Positions 1-10,550 of a DNA stretch of 64,000 bases are shown here, in pieces. The position numbers were made by a program, and so were the translations under genes. Location of the stretch: the NCBI GenBank assembly GCA_965208105.1, contig OZ242318.1, positions 3,232,001-3,296,000 on the forward strand, read 5' to 3'. This DNA comes from Candidatus Latescibacterota bacterium (lineage in GTDB: Bacteria > Latescibacterota > UBA2968 > UBA8231). Numbering within the stretch: position 1 is the stretch's first letter; every line of letters starts with the position of its first letter. The notes below the pieces were generated by a model. It ran no database searches. It was not told the DNA's origin and worked only from the letters and a program-made list of their open reading frames with translations.

Positions 1-753
1 GAAGTAAGGCGGCCGAACTGGCTTTCATCCTGGAAGCAGCGACGCAACGCGGTTGGACTGCCAGCCATGTTGCGGCTGGCCGACCGGGTGATCGTTGAAA
101 ATGACTATACTGCCCGCTACGCCCTGCGGTACTGTGGCGGGGTATCGATAATCACGGGTCCAGTGGATACGGATCGTTTCTGTGAGGCTGCAAACGGCAG
201 GGCTGCGGCGGGGGAGGTGGTGCTTGGATGGATTGGCAGTGCCAGCACCCAGTCGTACCTGAACCTGATTCGCGAACCGCTTGCCCGCGTCGGCAGGCGA
301 TTCGACAATGTGAGGCTGAGGTTGGTGGGAGCAGAACCTACGGCATTGGAGGGGATCCCGGTCGAATTCATGGCCTGGAGCCTTGAGGAGGAAGTGGGGC
401 ATTTGCGGGGTTTTGACGTGGGGCTCATGCCCGTACCCGACGATCCCTGGACGCGCGGAAAAGGCGGCTACAAGCTCCTCCAGTACATGGCTACCGGATT
501 ACCGGTGGTTGCCAGCCCGGTGGGAATCAATCGGCAGATTGTGAGCGACGGGAAGAATGGATTCTGGGCTTGCAGTCCAAATGAATGGGAGAGGTGCCTT
601 TCACGCCTCATCGAGGACCCCCGGCTGCGCCGTGAAATGGGGAGTCAGGGACGCGCGACGATAGAAGAGAGGTATGCGCTGAAATCAAGTTGCCATCGCC
701 TGTTGATGATACTGAGAGAAATGGCACGTGGGGGAAGAGGTGAGCAAAGCTGA
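1..753 (+). CDS. Glycosyltransferase family 4 (GT-B), 5'-truncated by window edge
   Basis: Frame open from base 1; LGWIGS, FDVGLMP, KGGYKLLQYMATGLPVVASPVG (GT4 C-terminal motif). Confidence 0.9.
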   Translation, partial: EVRRPNWLSSWKQRRNAVGLPAMLRLADRVIVENDYTARYALRYCGGVSIITGPVDTDRFCEAANGRAAAGEVVLGWIGSASTQSYLNLIREPLARVGRRFDNVRLRLVGAEPTALEGIPVEFMAWSLEEEVGHLRGFDVGLMPVPDDPWTRGKGGYKLLQYMATGLPVVASPVGINRQIVSDGKNGFWACSPNEWERCLSRLIEDPRLRREMGSQGRATIEERYALKSSCHRLLMILREMARGGRGEQS

Positions 754-1588
754 AACAGTTGAAAATGCATTTACCGTCGATTTGGAGGACTGGTACCAGG
801 GCCTGGAAATCGATATGTCAGGGTGGAATGGCTTCGAGGACCGCTTGTGGGTTGGTGTCCGGAAACTATTGGACCTCCTGGATGAGTTCGGCGTGAGCGC
901 TACTTTCTTCGCGCTGGGATATGCAGCTGAACGCGCCCCCGAACTGGTTCGAGAAATCCATGCACGTGGCCACGAGATCGGCACTCACGGCTATGGGCAT
1001 CAGTTTGTCTACAAGATGGGCAAAGAGGCTTTTCGCCGGGATCTATGCCGTTCTCTGGAGGTACTGGACGGGATACTGAAGGTTCCCATCAAGGGATATC
1101 GCGCGCCTTTTTTCTCGATCACCCGTACCGCTGAATGGGCTTTCGACGTAATGAGGGACGCAGGCATCGCATACGATTCGAGCGTTTTTCCGGTCTATAA
1201 CTATCGCTACGGAATGGCGGGCGCTCCGCGCTGGATTTACCAGGCGCGGAATGGCCTGACCGAATTTCCCCTTTCCACCTATCGGTTCGGGAGCCATAAT
1301 TTCCCCTTGGGCGGAGGTGCCTACTTCCGTATATTTCCGTATAATATTACCAAATACGCCATGCGCCAAATAAATGCCGGTAAAAGGGCTGTGGTTTTTT
1401 ATATTCATCCCTGGGAACTCGATCCAGAACATCCCCGTCTGGATTTACCGCGGCGCATAAGCCTGCCCCATTACTGGAACCTTGATGGAACCGAGAAGCG
1501 CATCCGGAAGATGATGAGCGAGTTCAGCTTTACCTCCATGAGCAAGGTCTTGGAAATGCACTCCCATGCCCTTGAAAACCCGGGATAA
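740..1588 (+). CDS. Polysaccharide deacetylase (XrtA/PEP-CTERM-associated type, DUF3473)
   Basis: NAFTVDLEDWY, ATFFALG, HEIGTHGYGH, GYRAPFFS, YDSS, GGGAYFR, FYIHPWELDP; GTG start after GGAAGAG. Confidence 0.9.
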   Translation: MSKAETVENAFTVDLEDWYQGLEIDMSGWNGFEDRLWVGVRKLLDLLDEFGVSATFFALGYAAERAPELVREIHARGHEIGTHGYGHQFVYKMGKEAFRRDLCRSLEVLDGILKVPIKGYRAPFFSITRTAEWAFDVMRDAGIAYDSSVFPVYNYRYGMAGAPRWIYQARNGLTEFPLSTYRFGSHNFPLGGGAYFRIFPYNITKYAMRQINAGKRAVVFYIHPWELDPEHPRLDLPRRISLPHYWNLDGTEKRIRKMMSEFSFTSMSKVLEMHSHALENPG

Positions 1589-2255
1589 AAATTCAGAAGG
1601 TCGCGGCGAGGAGGTCCGGCGTTACTTTGATGGAACGGCCGCCGCGCGTTTTGATGTAATTTATCAGGACGAAAAAAGGCTTCTCCAAAAGCTGGTCGAC
1701 CGGCTTTTCCGCGATGTGGTGCATCGCCGGTTCCAATTGACCTTTGAGTTATGCCGGGAAATTGAAGGCAGCAGGGTACTGGATATCGGCTGTGGTTCCG
1801 GGCGCTATGCTGTGGAATTTGCCCGTCGAGGGGCCGAGGTGGTGGGTCTCGATTTTTCCTCCACAATGGTCGAAATGGCCAGGCGGGCGGCCGAGGCAGC
1901 TGGAGTAGAGGATCGATGCAGATTTGAGGTTGGAAATTTCCGAAACTGGTGCGATCCTCACCACTTCGATATCTGTCTGGCAATCGGGTTTTTTGACTAT
2001 GTCGAAGATCCAGGAATCTTCCTGAGGAAGATCCACGAAATTGTGCATGGACAGGTCGTTTTTTCCTTTCCCATACGCTGGACATTGCGATCATTGACGC
2101 GGTGGATGCGCCTTAGCCTGAATGGCTGTCCGGTATTCTTCTATGACCAGAGGCAAGTTGTTCAACTGGTTGAGGATGCAGGTTGGGAATCCCCTCAGGT
2201 CAACCGCCTTAGCCGGGACTATCTGGTTCACGGACGAACGGACCGGCTCTGTTAA
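1566..2255 (+). CDS. Class I SAM-dependent methyltransferase
   Basis: VLDIGCGSG motif I and VVGLDFS motif II; overlaps upstream gene. Confidence 0.88.
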   Translation: MPLKTRDKNSEGRGEEVRRYFDGTAAARFDVIYQDEKRLLQKLVDRLFRDVVHRRFQLTFELCREIEGSRVLDIGCGSGRYAVEFARRGAEVVGLDFSSTMVEMARRAAEAAGVEDRCRFEVGNFRNWCDPHHFDICLAIGFFDYVEDPGIFLRKIHEIVHGQVVFSFPIRWTLRSLTRWMRLSLNGCPVFFYDQRQVVQLVEDAGWESPQVNRLSRDYLVHGRTDRLC

Positions 2256-2288
2256 CCGAATCAGGAAATAGATGATGGGACTAAACTT

Positions 2289-3254
2289 ATGAGGATTCTG
2301 GTTACCGGGGGTGCCGGTTTTATCGGATCGCATTTGGCGGAGCGCCATCTGAACATGGGGGACGAGGTTGCAGTCATCGACAATCTCTCCACTGGCAGCA
2401 TCACCAATATTCAGCATCTGGAGAAATTCGGGCGATTCAAGTGCGTCATTGACGATGTTCTGAATGTGGAGGTGATGCGCGAACTGGTTGATGGATGCGA
2501 ATTGATCTACCACCTGGCTGCCGCGGTGGGGGTTGATTTCATTATCGACAACCCTCTTCTCTCCTTGACTACTAATATCCGGGGCACTGAAATAGTTCTC
2601 GAGTTGGCCAACACCAAGAAAAAAAAGGTCGTCCTTGCCTCCACTTCCGAGATTTACGGAAAGAAGAACGGGCACGTGCCTTTCAGAGAGGACAGCGATC
2701 GGATCCTGGGGCCGACAACGGTGATCCGGTGGCATTATTCCACCTCCAAGGCCGTTGATGAATTGTACGCCCTGGCTTACTGGCGCGAGAAACGGCTTCC
2801 CTGTGTCATCGTCCGACCTTTCAACATCATCGGACCGCGGCAAACCGGAGACTACGGCATGGTGGTCCCTCGATTCATCAAACAGGCTTTGTTGGGGCAC
2901 CCCATCACAGTAAATGGAGACGGGGAACAGCGTCGTTGCTGGACCTATATTGACGATGCCCTGGATGGACTGATTGCTCTCGCCATGAGCGACAGGGCCG
3001 TGGGAGAAATATTCAATTTGGGATCCCACTTCGAGTTGAGCATCAAGGACCTGGCTTACAAGGTCAAAGAGTTGACTGGCAGTGAGTCGGAGGTTGAATT
3101 CATCCCTTATGAGCAGGCGTGGCCCAAGGGGACTTATGAAGATCTGTTGTACCGCACGCCAAATCTGGAGAAGATTCGCAGGTGCGTGGGTTACGATCCA
3201 AAAATCGATCTGGACGAAGCGTTTTCCAGACTCATCGAACACTACGAGCGGTGA
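2289..3254 (+). CDS. NAD-dependent nucleotide-sugar epimerase/dehydratase (extended SDR)
   Basis: ILVTGGAGFIGSH, HLAAAVGV, ASTSEIYG, YSTSK (YxxxK). Confidence 0.92.
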   Translation: MRILVTGGAGFIGSHLAERHLNMGDEVAVIDNLSTGSITNIQHLEKFGRFKCVIDDVLNVEVMRELVDGCELIYHLAAAVGVDFIIDNPLLSLTTNIRGTEIVLELANTKKKKVVLASTSEIYGKKNGHVPFREDSDRILGPTTVIRWHYSTSKAVDELYALAYWREKRLPCVIVRPFNIIGPRQTGDYGMVVPRFIKQALLGHPITVNGDGEQRRCWTYIDDALDGLIALAMSDRAVGEIFNLGSHFELSIKDLAYKVKELTGSESEVEFIPYEQAWPKGTYEDLLYRTPNLEKIRRCVGYDPKIDLDEAFSRLIEHYER

Positions 3255-3420
3255 GAAGTGAAACTCTGGCAGGATTCAAGGGTTATGGCAGGAATTTCCA
3301 TTTTTGTTTCCTGGGAAGGCCCCTGAGGATAGTGGCTGTTCTTCCGGGGCGGTTGTGCCTGCCAGAATAAGCGAAGATTCGGTTTTGGATCAGGGTGACC
3401 GGAGACCTGATCTTGCGCTT

Positions 3421-3921
3421 TCACCTCAGGTGTCTCAGCAGGCGCGGAATGGCAAACCACCGCAATTGGCCTTGTGCCTCGTGGACCTGTTCCCAACCGG
3501 TAATGTCCAGGCTGAGCGCCGCCAAACCGGCCGTGGGAAGGCGGAGGTCGGCTCCACAAAGCAGGCTGATCCATTCTTCCAGCCCCGGATTGTGGCCGAC
3601 GATCAAGGCAGAATTGGCCCGGTCGGGCAGATTTGCCGCCGCTGCGGACAAGCCTGCAGGGGAGGCCAGATACAGGCGGTCTTCGCAGCAAAATTTCCCT
3701 GCCTCGATTTTCAGGGCCCTGGCCATTGCCGCGGCCGTTCGTTCAGCCCGTACGGCAGAGGAGCTGAGGATCAGGTCCGGAGGATTCTCCGCCGATGCCA
3801 GCAAGTTCGCCATGCAGGTCAGGTCTTTGCGGCCGCGTTTGCTCAATGGCCGATCGAAATCGTCGGCAATGGACGGCGGATAGTCCGACTTTGCGTGGCG
3901 CATGACCAGCAAGCTTTTCAT
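3421..3921 (-). CDS. sixA: Histidine phosphatase, SixA-like
   Basis: MKSLLVMRHAKS, DFDRPLSKRG, SSSAVRA, IVGHNP; start moved to the ATG at 3921. Confidence 0.85.
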   Translation of the reverse strand: MKSLLVMRHAKSDYPPSIADDFDRPLSKRGRKDLTCMANLLASAENPPDLILSSSAVRAERTAAAMARALKIEAGKFCCEDRLYLASPAGLSAAAANLPDRANSALIVGHNPGLEEWISLLCGADLRLPTAGLAALSLDITGWEQVHEAQGQLRWFAIPRLLRHLR

Positions 3922-4076
3922 GTTGGACAGGCTCCCGAGGTTGGCACAGGAGTGTTGCAGGGCGGTTAAGGATGTAGTTGCGTTGGTGGGGCCGGGGTGG
4001 TAATTTTTACAGAAGTTTCCAACAAAATTGTTTATTTTTCCTTCCGGGTGCAACATTGAAGTAGAGGGAAATAGGA

Positions 4077-5147
4077 ATGGGCAGTCAGCCTGTTGAAGTC
4101 AACCTGGACATAAATCCCAAAACCCGGTTTGAGATAATCGATGTGGCGCGCAAGATCAGAGACGCTACTGACGGTGCTTGGGAGAGTTTCCCCAAGGTTC
4201 AATACTGTTCTTTTCACACCACGGCAGGCTATTTGGAACAAGGCGTCTGCGCTCGCCTTGGCCATAGCAGGAAGCAACTGGACCCCCTTTTCCGCTTCAT
4301 TCAGAAGATCTTCCCGCAAAATGCGGGGTACTTCCACGACCGCATACAGTTGCGAAATGAGCTCAGCGAAAGCGAGAAGGAGACCGAGCCGCCCAACGCC
4401 GATTCACACCTGACCTTCATCAGTGCAGGATTGAAGAACTGCGTCACCTACATCAACAAGCCTGAGCAACCGGTCTATTTCATCGAACTTGACGGGGTTT
4501 ACAAGAAGAACCGCAGGAAGCGGCACACTACCGCACTGGCATATAATGAGGCCGAGATTGTCCATCGCGAAAGAGTGGCCATTCCCGTAGACTCCGATCA
4601 TGTGATCAATTCGTTCAACCTCAAGGATTCGCGCTACGGACTCTTCGAACAGTTGGGGGAATGGCTGCAGGCGCACGGAGTCGAAAAGGGCCGCATCGAT
4701 ATCCGCCTGGCCGCCGAGGAACGCCATGCCGGCCTGATGGTAAACGAGTATGAGACCTTGCTGATGCGCAATGATCTGCCAAAGGTAGTGCAAGATCCCC
4801 TGAGTTATATGGTTCGGCGGGGAAAGAAGTTGCTGCGCCGGCCAGGAACAATTCCAGTCAAGACTCGCAACTATGCGGTTTACGACTTGATTCACCTCTA
4901 CAATGAGTTTATGGATACTGTCCCCGTCGGGCGTTCGCTGGTAGATAAAATTGTTTCGGTGCTGTCTACGCCTGCTTCCCGTTTCCTGCGGTTGAAACGT
5001 CACGCCAGCCTGTTGGTTTCCAACAGCGAAGAGACGGGCCCCGATCACATCGTTCTTGGCAGGTACCAAAGTCCCATTCTCGTGCAGCATCATCCGGCGG
5101 ACAGAGGATTTCGCTATCTGGATATTACCCTGCGGCGCTTCAAGTAG
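4077..5147 (+). CDS. Hypothetical protein with two YjbQ/UPF0047-like half-domains
   Basis: HTTAG, YFHD, NADSHL, FIELDG in the N-half; AGLMVNE and LGRYQ in the C-half. Confidence 0.65.
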   Translation: MGSQPVEVNLDINPKTRFEIIDVARKIRDATDGAWESFPKVQYCSFHTTAGYLEQGVCARLGHSRKQLDPLFRFIQKIFPQNAGYFHDRIQLRNELSESEKETEPPNADSHLTFISAGLKNCVTYINKPEQPVYFIELDGVYKKNRRKRHTTALAYNEAEIVHRERVAIPVDSDHVINSFNLKDSRYGLFEQLGEWLQAHGVEKGRIDIRLAAEERHAGLMVNEYETLLMRNDLPKVVQDPLSYMVRRGKKLLRRPGTIPVKTRNYAVYDLIHLYNEFMDTVPVGRSLVDKIVSVLSTPASRFLRLKRHASLLVSNSEETGPDHIVLGRYQSPILVQHHPADRGFRYLDITLRRFK

Positions 5148-5168
5148 AAAGCCTAGGACGGCGGGCAG

Positions 5169-6509
5169 GTGCAGATAGATCCCTCCATTTTCAAAGCCTA
5201 CGATATCCGTGGTATATATCCTGAACAACTCGACGAAGAAGCGGCCTGCGCCATAGGCCGCGCCTTTGTTGCCTTTCTGCAGGCGGATTCCGCCGTCGTG
5301 GGTCGCGACATGCGGGTTTCCAGCCCGCAGATCTTTGCTGCCCTGGCGCAAGGGCTGGCTGAGCAGGGAGCTGATGTCATCGACATTGGCATGGTCAGCA
5401 CCGACCAGTACTACTACGCATGTGCCAGGTTGGAAAAAGCAGGCCTCATGGTGACCGCTTCACACAACCCCCCAGAGTACAATGGATTCAAAATGGTCCG
5501 ACGCATGCCGTATTTACTCAGCGGTGACGATGGCATCCATGATTTGCGCCGGATCGTTGAAGAAGAGAGTTTTCCCGTGCCCTCGAGGACGGGGGAAAGA
5601 ACCCGGAAAGACCTGAGCTCGGAATTCGTCCAGTGTATTTTGGGCCTCATCGACGCGACCGAACTCAAGCCGCTCAAGGTGGTAGTCGATACAGGCAACG
5701 GCATGGTGGGGCCAATTCTCCAGCGAGTGTACGAGCATTTGCCCGTCGAACTGACGGGTATGTACCTCGAACCGGATGGCCGCGTCCCCAACCACGGACT
5801 CGACCCGTTGCAGCCTCAGAATCGCGAGGAATTGCAGCAGAGAGTAAAATCCACGGGAGCGGATGTGGGCTTCGCCTTCGATGGTGACGGCGACCGGTTT
5901 TTCGTCATCGACGACCGCGGTGAATTCGTTCCAGGCGACTTTCTCACGGCCCTGATGGGATGCTATTTGTTGGAGAAATACCCGGGAGCCAGGATTATCC
6001 ACGATGTGCGCGCGTCCTGGGCGGTGGCCGACTTGATAGGGGAGAATGGCGGAGTAGCGCTCATGGAGCGCGTCGGACATGCCTTCATGAAATCGCGAAT
6101 GGTCCAGGAAAAGGCGGCATTTGGAGGAGAGGTCACCGGTCACTATTATTTCCGTTCCTTTTTCAATGCTGATTCGGGCCTAGTGCCCTCTCTCGTTCTT
6201 CTCGAGATGCTTTCTCGCAGAGGACGGAGATTGTCCGAGTTGCTCGCTCCCCTTGAGAGCAGATATTTCATTTCGGGAGAAATCAATTCTTCGGTGGAAG
6301 ATCCCCAGGCCAAGATAGGCGCCCTGGCTGCCTTGTACGGCGATGGTGGGATCGAGTGGGTGGATGGGCTCTCGGTGAGCTATGACGACTGGCATTTCAA
6401 CGTGCGGCCATCCAATACCGAGCCTTTGCTCCGTCTCAATCTCGAAGCCATGAACAAAGGTCTGATGGAAGAGAAGCGGGAGGAAGTCCTGGCAATTATC
6501 CGCTCCTGA
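5169..6509 (+). CDS. Phosphomannomutase/phosphoglucomutase
   Basis: IFKAYDIRG, VTASHNP (phospho-Ser loop), FDGDGDR (metal loop), GGEVTGH, VRPSNTEP. Confidence 0.95.
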   Translation: MQIDPSIFKAYDIRGIYPEQLDEEAACAIGRAFVAFLQADSAVVGRDMRVSSPQIFAALAQGLAEQGADVIDIGMVSTDQYYYACARLEKAGLMVTASHNPPEYNGFKMVRRMPYLLSGDDGIHDLRRIVEEESFPVPSRTGERTRKDLSSEFVQCILGLIDATELKPLKVVVDTGNGMVGPILQRVYEHLPVELTGMYLEPDGRVPNHGLDPLQPQNREELQQRVKSTGADVGFAFDGDGDRFFVIDDRGEFVPGDFLTALMGCYLLEKYPGARIIHDVRASWAVADLIGENGGVALMERVGHAFMKSRMVQEKAAFGGEVTGHYYFRSFFNADSGLVPSLVLLEMLSRRGRRLSELLAPLESRYFISGEINSSVEDPQAKIGALAALYGDGGIEWVDGLSVSYDDWHFNVRPSNTEPLLRLNLEAMNKGLMEEKREEVLAIIRS

Positions 6510-6544
6510 GCACGGACTGGTTTTGGATGTTGAATTCTACCGGG

Positions 6545-6578
6545 AGGAAGAAGGGAGCGGGAATGCTCCCTTCTTCCT
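6545..6578. terminator. Perfect 14-bp stem-loop downstream of PMM (probable terminator)
   Basis: aggaagaagggagc-gggaat-gctcccttcttcct; weak U-tract. Confidence 0.6.
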
Positions 6579-6676
6579 GTACGATACTAAAATGACTTAA
6601 GATTGGCTTGCTCTTGTTTTACGGAGGGAAGAGAAAGAGTTTTTCTGTTATGGACAAGGGATCGGGTTCTTAGCAG

Positions 6677-7927
6677 GTGAAATTTTCGCGCGGATTTTCG
6701 TGGAATCTGGCCTGTACGGGGCTGGTCACCGTTTTGGGTGTGGCCAACCAGTCACTGCTTGCTCGTGGGCTGGGGCCTGAAGGGCGGGGAAAGCTGGGGA
6801 TGCTGACTACCATAGTCATGCTGGGAGCATTGCTGTTTGGCGAGTGGTTGAGCCGGGGCAATACGTATGTGGTGGGGCGGAGAGAAGTGGGGGAGAAGGC
6901 GTTGCACAACACAGTGATTTATGGCCTCGTCCTGGGGATTTTTCTGGGTCTTGTGGCTTTGGCAGGTTCCCGGGTTTTTCCCCATTTGAGCGAGCTCCAA
7001 TTCTATCTGGTGGCCGCCCTCACGGTAGCGACTATAGTGCAAAAGGCGGGCCAGGCCATCCTCCTGGGAGAGGACCGGCTCAAACTTTATTCTCTGCTAC
7101 CGACGATTTTGATCTTTTCATACTTGGCGGGCAATCTACTGGTTCTGAAAGTGTGGAGATTGGGACTGGAGGGCGTCCTGGGAGCGTGGCTACTTGCATC
7201 TGTCCTGGTCCTGTTTGTAACGCTGGGTGTTTTACAGAAGCACGGTTCGAGTTCAGGAGGTTTCGACACCAGGATCTTTCGCCACACCGCCAGCGTCGGC
7301 AGTCGTGGGGCCACATCGGCAGTATTGATTTTTTTACTATTCCGGAGTGATATTTTTTTGGTGAACCATTTTCTAGGTCCGGAGATTCTGGGGGTGTACA
7401 TGATCGCTGTCGTCTTTGCCGAGATGATGCAGCGTCTGCCTAATATCGCGGGTGTCGTCCTCCTGCCAAAGATTATCCGGGGGCAGGACGAAGAGGACCG
7501 GCTCAGCTTGCAAGTGGCTCGGAATGTATTGTTTTTCTCTCTGGGAACTGCCGGGGGGATTCTCGTCTTTGGCCGCCCCATTATCGAGTTTTTCGCTGGT
7601 GCCGTCTATACAGGAGCATATGTGCCTCTACTATGGATGCTGCCTGGCTTGGTCTTCTCCGGCTTTGGCTCGGTTCTGAATACCAAGTTGGCCGGGCAGG
7701 GATATCCTCCAGTGACCATGTGGGCCCCCGCCCTTGCTCTTGGAATAAACGTGGTGCTGAACCTGGCGCTGATCCCGGCAATGGGATTGCGAGGAGCGGC
7801 TTTGTCGACATCGGTTGCCTACGGGATCTGGTCCTTGGTGGCGACGATCTGCTACTTTCGCCATACTAATCTCAGCTGGGCGGACTTCCTCCATTTGTAT
7901 CCATTTGGAAAAGCTGTCAAAAAGTAA
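6677..7927 (+). CDS. wzx: Oligosaccharide flippase (Wzx/MOP family)
   Basis: Highly hydrophobic, about 12 TM segments; LARGLGPEGRG, NLALIPAMGLRGAALSTS. Confidence 0.85.
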   Translation: MKFSRGFSWNLACTGLVTVLGVANQSLLARGLGPEGRGKLGMLTTIVMLGALLFGEWLSRGNTYVVGRREVGEKALHNTVIYGLVLGIFLGLVALAGSRVFPHLSELQFYLVAALTVATIVQKAGQAILLGEDRLKLYSLLPTILIFSYLAGNLLVLKVWRLGLEGVLGAWLLASVLVLFVTLGVLQKHGSSSGGFDTRIFRHTASVGSRGATSAVLIFLLFRSDIFLVNHFLGPEILGVYMIAVVFAEMMQRLPNIAGVVLLPKIIRGQDEEDRLSLQVARNVLFFSLGTAGGILVFGRPIIEFFAGAVYTGAYVPLLWMLPGLVFSGFGSVLNTKLAGQGYPPVTMWAPALALGINVVLNLALIPAMGLRGAALSTSVAYGIWSLVATICYFRHTNLSWADFLHLYPFGKAVKK

Positions 7928-7938
7928 TCGATAGGCAT

Positions 7939-9378
7939 ATGGCCGGGTTAACTCAATTAGCGAGAGGTATTCCAAAGCTGGACCCAAGGTGGTTCGCCGC
8001 CTTTTTGGTCTTCCAGGCGGTAGTACTGGCCTCCGTCGTCCTGGTTCCTAACAAGATTCTAATAATGGTCGCCGCAGGCATCGGCGGCGGGGTCCTTGTG
8101 ACCTTGCTCGTGCTATACCCTTGGATATTGGTGCCGGCCATTGTGACGACCACGGCTCTGGATATCACCGGGCGGTTGCTGAAAACTACAATTATCGGCG
8201 TCCCCTTGACTGGTTTCCACCTGATTTTGGCGTTGATGGTGATTGTCCTTCCCATCAATATTTTTCTGCGTCGGCGCATGGAATTCCCGGGTTTCGAGTT
8301 GAAGGCTCCTCTGTTGATGCTCCTTGGGGTGATGGCCATTTCTCTGACTTACTCGCCGAATCAGCCCGAAGCTACAATTCACTTCGTCCGCATGGTGGTG
8401 CTGGTTTTCTTTATGTACCTCACCCAGGTAATGATCGACTCTCGCCGATCCGTCAACATGGTGATCTGTTCCTTGGTATTAGCCGTACCCGTTGGAGCCA
8501 TAATGGGAGCTTGGCAGGTAGCGACGGGCCAATTTCACTTGCCGGCCGCCATGGTGCATGCCCTAGGCGCCAACGTTCCCAGGGCTACGGGCACCTTTGA
8601 CAATCCCAATATCTTCGGCATTTTCATGGTAAGCTGTATAATTCCACTGCTGAGCATTATACTGAACTATCGAATGAAGTGGTGGATGCGGATCCTCTTT
8701 GGCTTGGTCTGCCTACTAGGCCTTGTAGGGATATTGGCTACGTTCAGCCGCTCCAGCTGGGTATCCGCGATGGTGGGAATTTTGACGGTGTTGTGGCTGA
8801 GCAAAAAGCTGCGCTACCTCTTTATCCTTGCTTTTTCGTTTATCTTAATCGGGCTGGCTCTCAAAGAATTTGTTCCCATTGCCGCGTATGTTTTTGACCG
8901 TTTTACAACCATTTTTACCATTTTTGAAGAATTCGGGTCCATTGCCCGAACATCAAGTACAGCCCGTGTCTACTTGGTAATGAGCTCCTATGAGATGTTC
9001 CTGGACCATCCGATCCTCGGCATTGGATGGCGGGGTTTCCCTGTGCTGCTTTCCGAGTACGCGCCCCCGGGATACCCCTGGTGGAGTTTGGTCAACGAAT
9101 CCCATACGGTGCTCGCCGCCATAATGGCAGAATTGGGTATCGTCGGGCTGTTGGCGGCACTCTGGTTCATCTGCCGCACATTGCGGTTGGGGATGAAAGG
9201 AATCGGGGGGACGCAGGATCCATACCTTCGCGCCGTGGTGATCGGACTAGTGGCCGTGTTTGTCTCCTTCCAGGTCAACCAGTCGCTTAACGGCGATTTT
9301 GCCAACAATCTCTTCTGGTTCTTTACTGGCATGCTCTTCGCGGTTATTCGCCTGGATAAAGAGACCGAAGCCAAGTGA
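7939..9378 (+). CDS. O-antigen ligase/polymerase family (Wzy_C)
   Basis: Multi-TM; RATGTFDNPN, TFSRSSW, DHPILGIG, SHTV...AELGIVG. Confidence 0.88.
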   Translation: MAGLTQLARGIPKLDPRWFAAFLVFQAVVLASVVLVPNKILIMVAAGIGGGVLVTLLVLYPWILVPAIVTTTALDITGRLLKTTIIGVPLTGFHLILALMVIVLPINIFLRRRMEFPGFELKAPLLMLLGVMAISLTYSPNQPEATIHFVRMVVLVFFMYLTQVMIDSRRSVNMVICSLVLAVPVGAIMGAWQVATGQFHLPAAMVHALGANVPRATGTFDNPNIFGIFMVSCIIPLLSIILNYRMKWWMRILFGLVCLLGLVGILATFSRSSWVSAMVGILTVLWLSKKLRYLFILAFSFILIGLALKEFVPIAAYVFDRFTTIFTIFEEFGSIARTSSTARVYLVMSSYEMFLDHPILGIGWRGFPVLLSEYAPPGYPWWSLVNESHTVLAAIMAELGIVGLLAALWFICRTLRLGMKGIGGTQDPYLRAVVIGLVAVFVSFQVNQSLNGDFANNLFWFFTGMLFAVIRLDKETEAK

Positions 9379-10550
9379 GAGTTCTGGTCGCTTCGCACCT
9401 CTACCCCAGTTCCCTATCTCTGACGTCCGGTAGTTTCGTCCACAATCAGGTGCGTTTCCTCCGGGCCCATTGCAATATCAGGGTGATTTCGCCCACGCCG
9501 TGGTTTCCCCCATTGCCGGGATTTGGCCGTTGGAGCAGCTATGGCAGAATCAGGCGCCAAGAAGTCCTGGACAGGGTGGAAGTAAACCGGCCACCTTATC
9601 TGGCTCTACCGCGCCGGATGCTGTTTGCCCACAACTGGCGTTCATATTTGGCGGCTTTGCACCGGGACAATTCTGGACCTCCCGATCTCATTCACGCTCA
9701 CTGCGCTTATCCAGACGGACTGGCAGCTGTGGAGTACGGCCGCCGTCTGGGCCTGCCCGCTGTCATTACGGTGCATGGACACGACATCAAGGAGCTTCCC
9801 GGCATTAGATCGCACTGGCGCAGCCTGGTGGTTCGGGCTTTGGAGCAGGCCGCAGTTGTAATAGCGAACGGCAGAGATTTGCGTGAGCGGGTACTTGATC
9901 TGGGAATACCCTCGCACAAGGTGGAAACCATACCTAACGGGGTGGATTGTCAGGTGTTCTGCAACGATTTCGCCCGTCAGCCCGGAGCGGGGGGCTGGCG
10001 ATTGCTATACGTGGGACGCATTGATCCCCGAAAAGGGATTGGCGAACTGCTCGAAGCAATGGCGGTTTTGCGGAGCAAACGCGATGATGTGCGCCTCAAG
10101 CTCATAGGTGGCAACCCGGCTGGTGGATTGCCGGATAGGTTTCGGCGGCAGATGGAAAAACTTGGATTGCAGGGTTGTGCCGAGTTCCTCGAGGAGGTGC
10201 CCTGGGACCAGGTCCCGCAACACATGGCCGCTGCCGACGTATTCGTGCTGCCCAGCCTGTACGAGAGCTTCGGGGTGGTCCTGGTCGAAGCCATGGCTTG
10301 TGGTCTGCCTCTCGTGGCCACGCGTTGCGGTGGTCCGTCAGAAATCGTCGAAGAGGGGACCGGACGGTTGGTAGAGGTGGCGGACGTCAAAGGATTGGCA
10401 GAGGCTCTGGATGAGGTGATACGAGACCACAGGAGCTTTGATCGAATGGCCATCCGCCGTAGCGCCGAAGAAAAATACGACTACCGTCAAGTAGCTGCGC
10501 GTATCCACCAGGTTTACGAAGAAGCCCTGGCCGGTTATTCGGGAGGTTGA
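9375..10550 (+). CDS. Glycosyltransferase family 4 (TuaC-like)
   Basis: PDLIHAH, TVHGHD, IPNGVD, VLPSLYESFGVVLVEAMACGLP. Confidence 0.93.
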   Translation: MRVLVASHLYPSSLSLTSGSFVHNQVRFLRAHCNIRVISPTPWFPPLPGFGRWSSYGRIRRQEVLDRVEVNRPPYLALPRRMLFAHNWRSYLAALHRDNSGPPDLIHAHCAYPDGLAAVEYGRRLGLPAVITVHGHDIKELPGIRSHWRSLVVRALEQAAVVIANGRDLRERVLDLGIPSHKVETIPNGVDCQVFCNDFARQPGAGGWRLLYVGRIDPRKGIGELLEAMAVLRSKRDDVRLKLIGGNPAGGLPDRFRRQMEKLGLQGCAEFLEEVPWDQVPQHMAAADVFVLPSLYESFGVVLVEAMACGLPLVATRCGGPSEIVEEGTGRLVEVADVKGLAEALDEVIRDHRSFDRMAIRRSAEEKYDYRQVAARIHQVYEEALAGYSGG

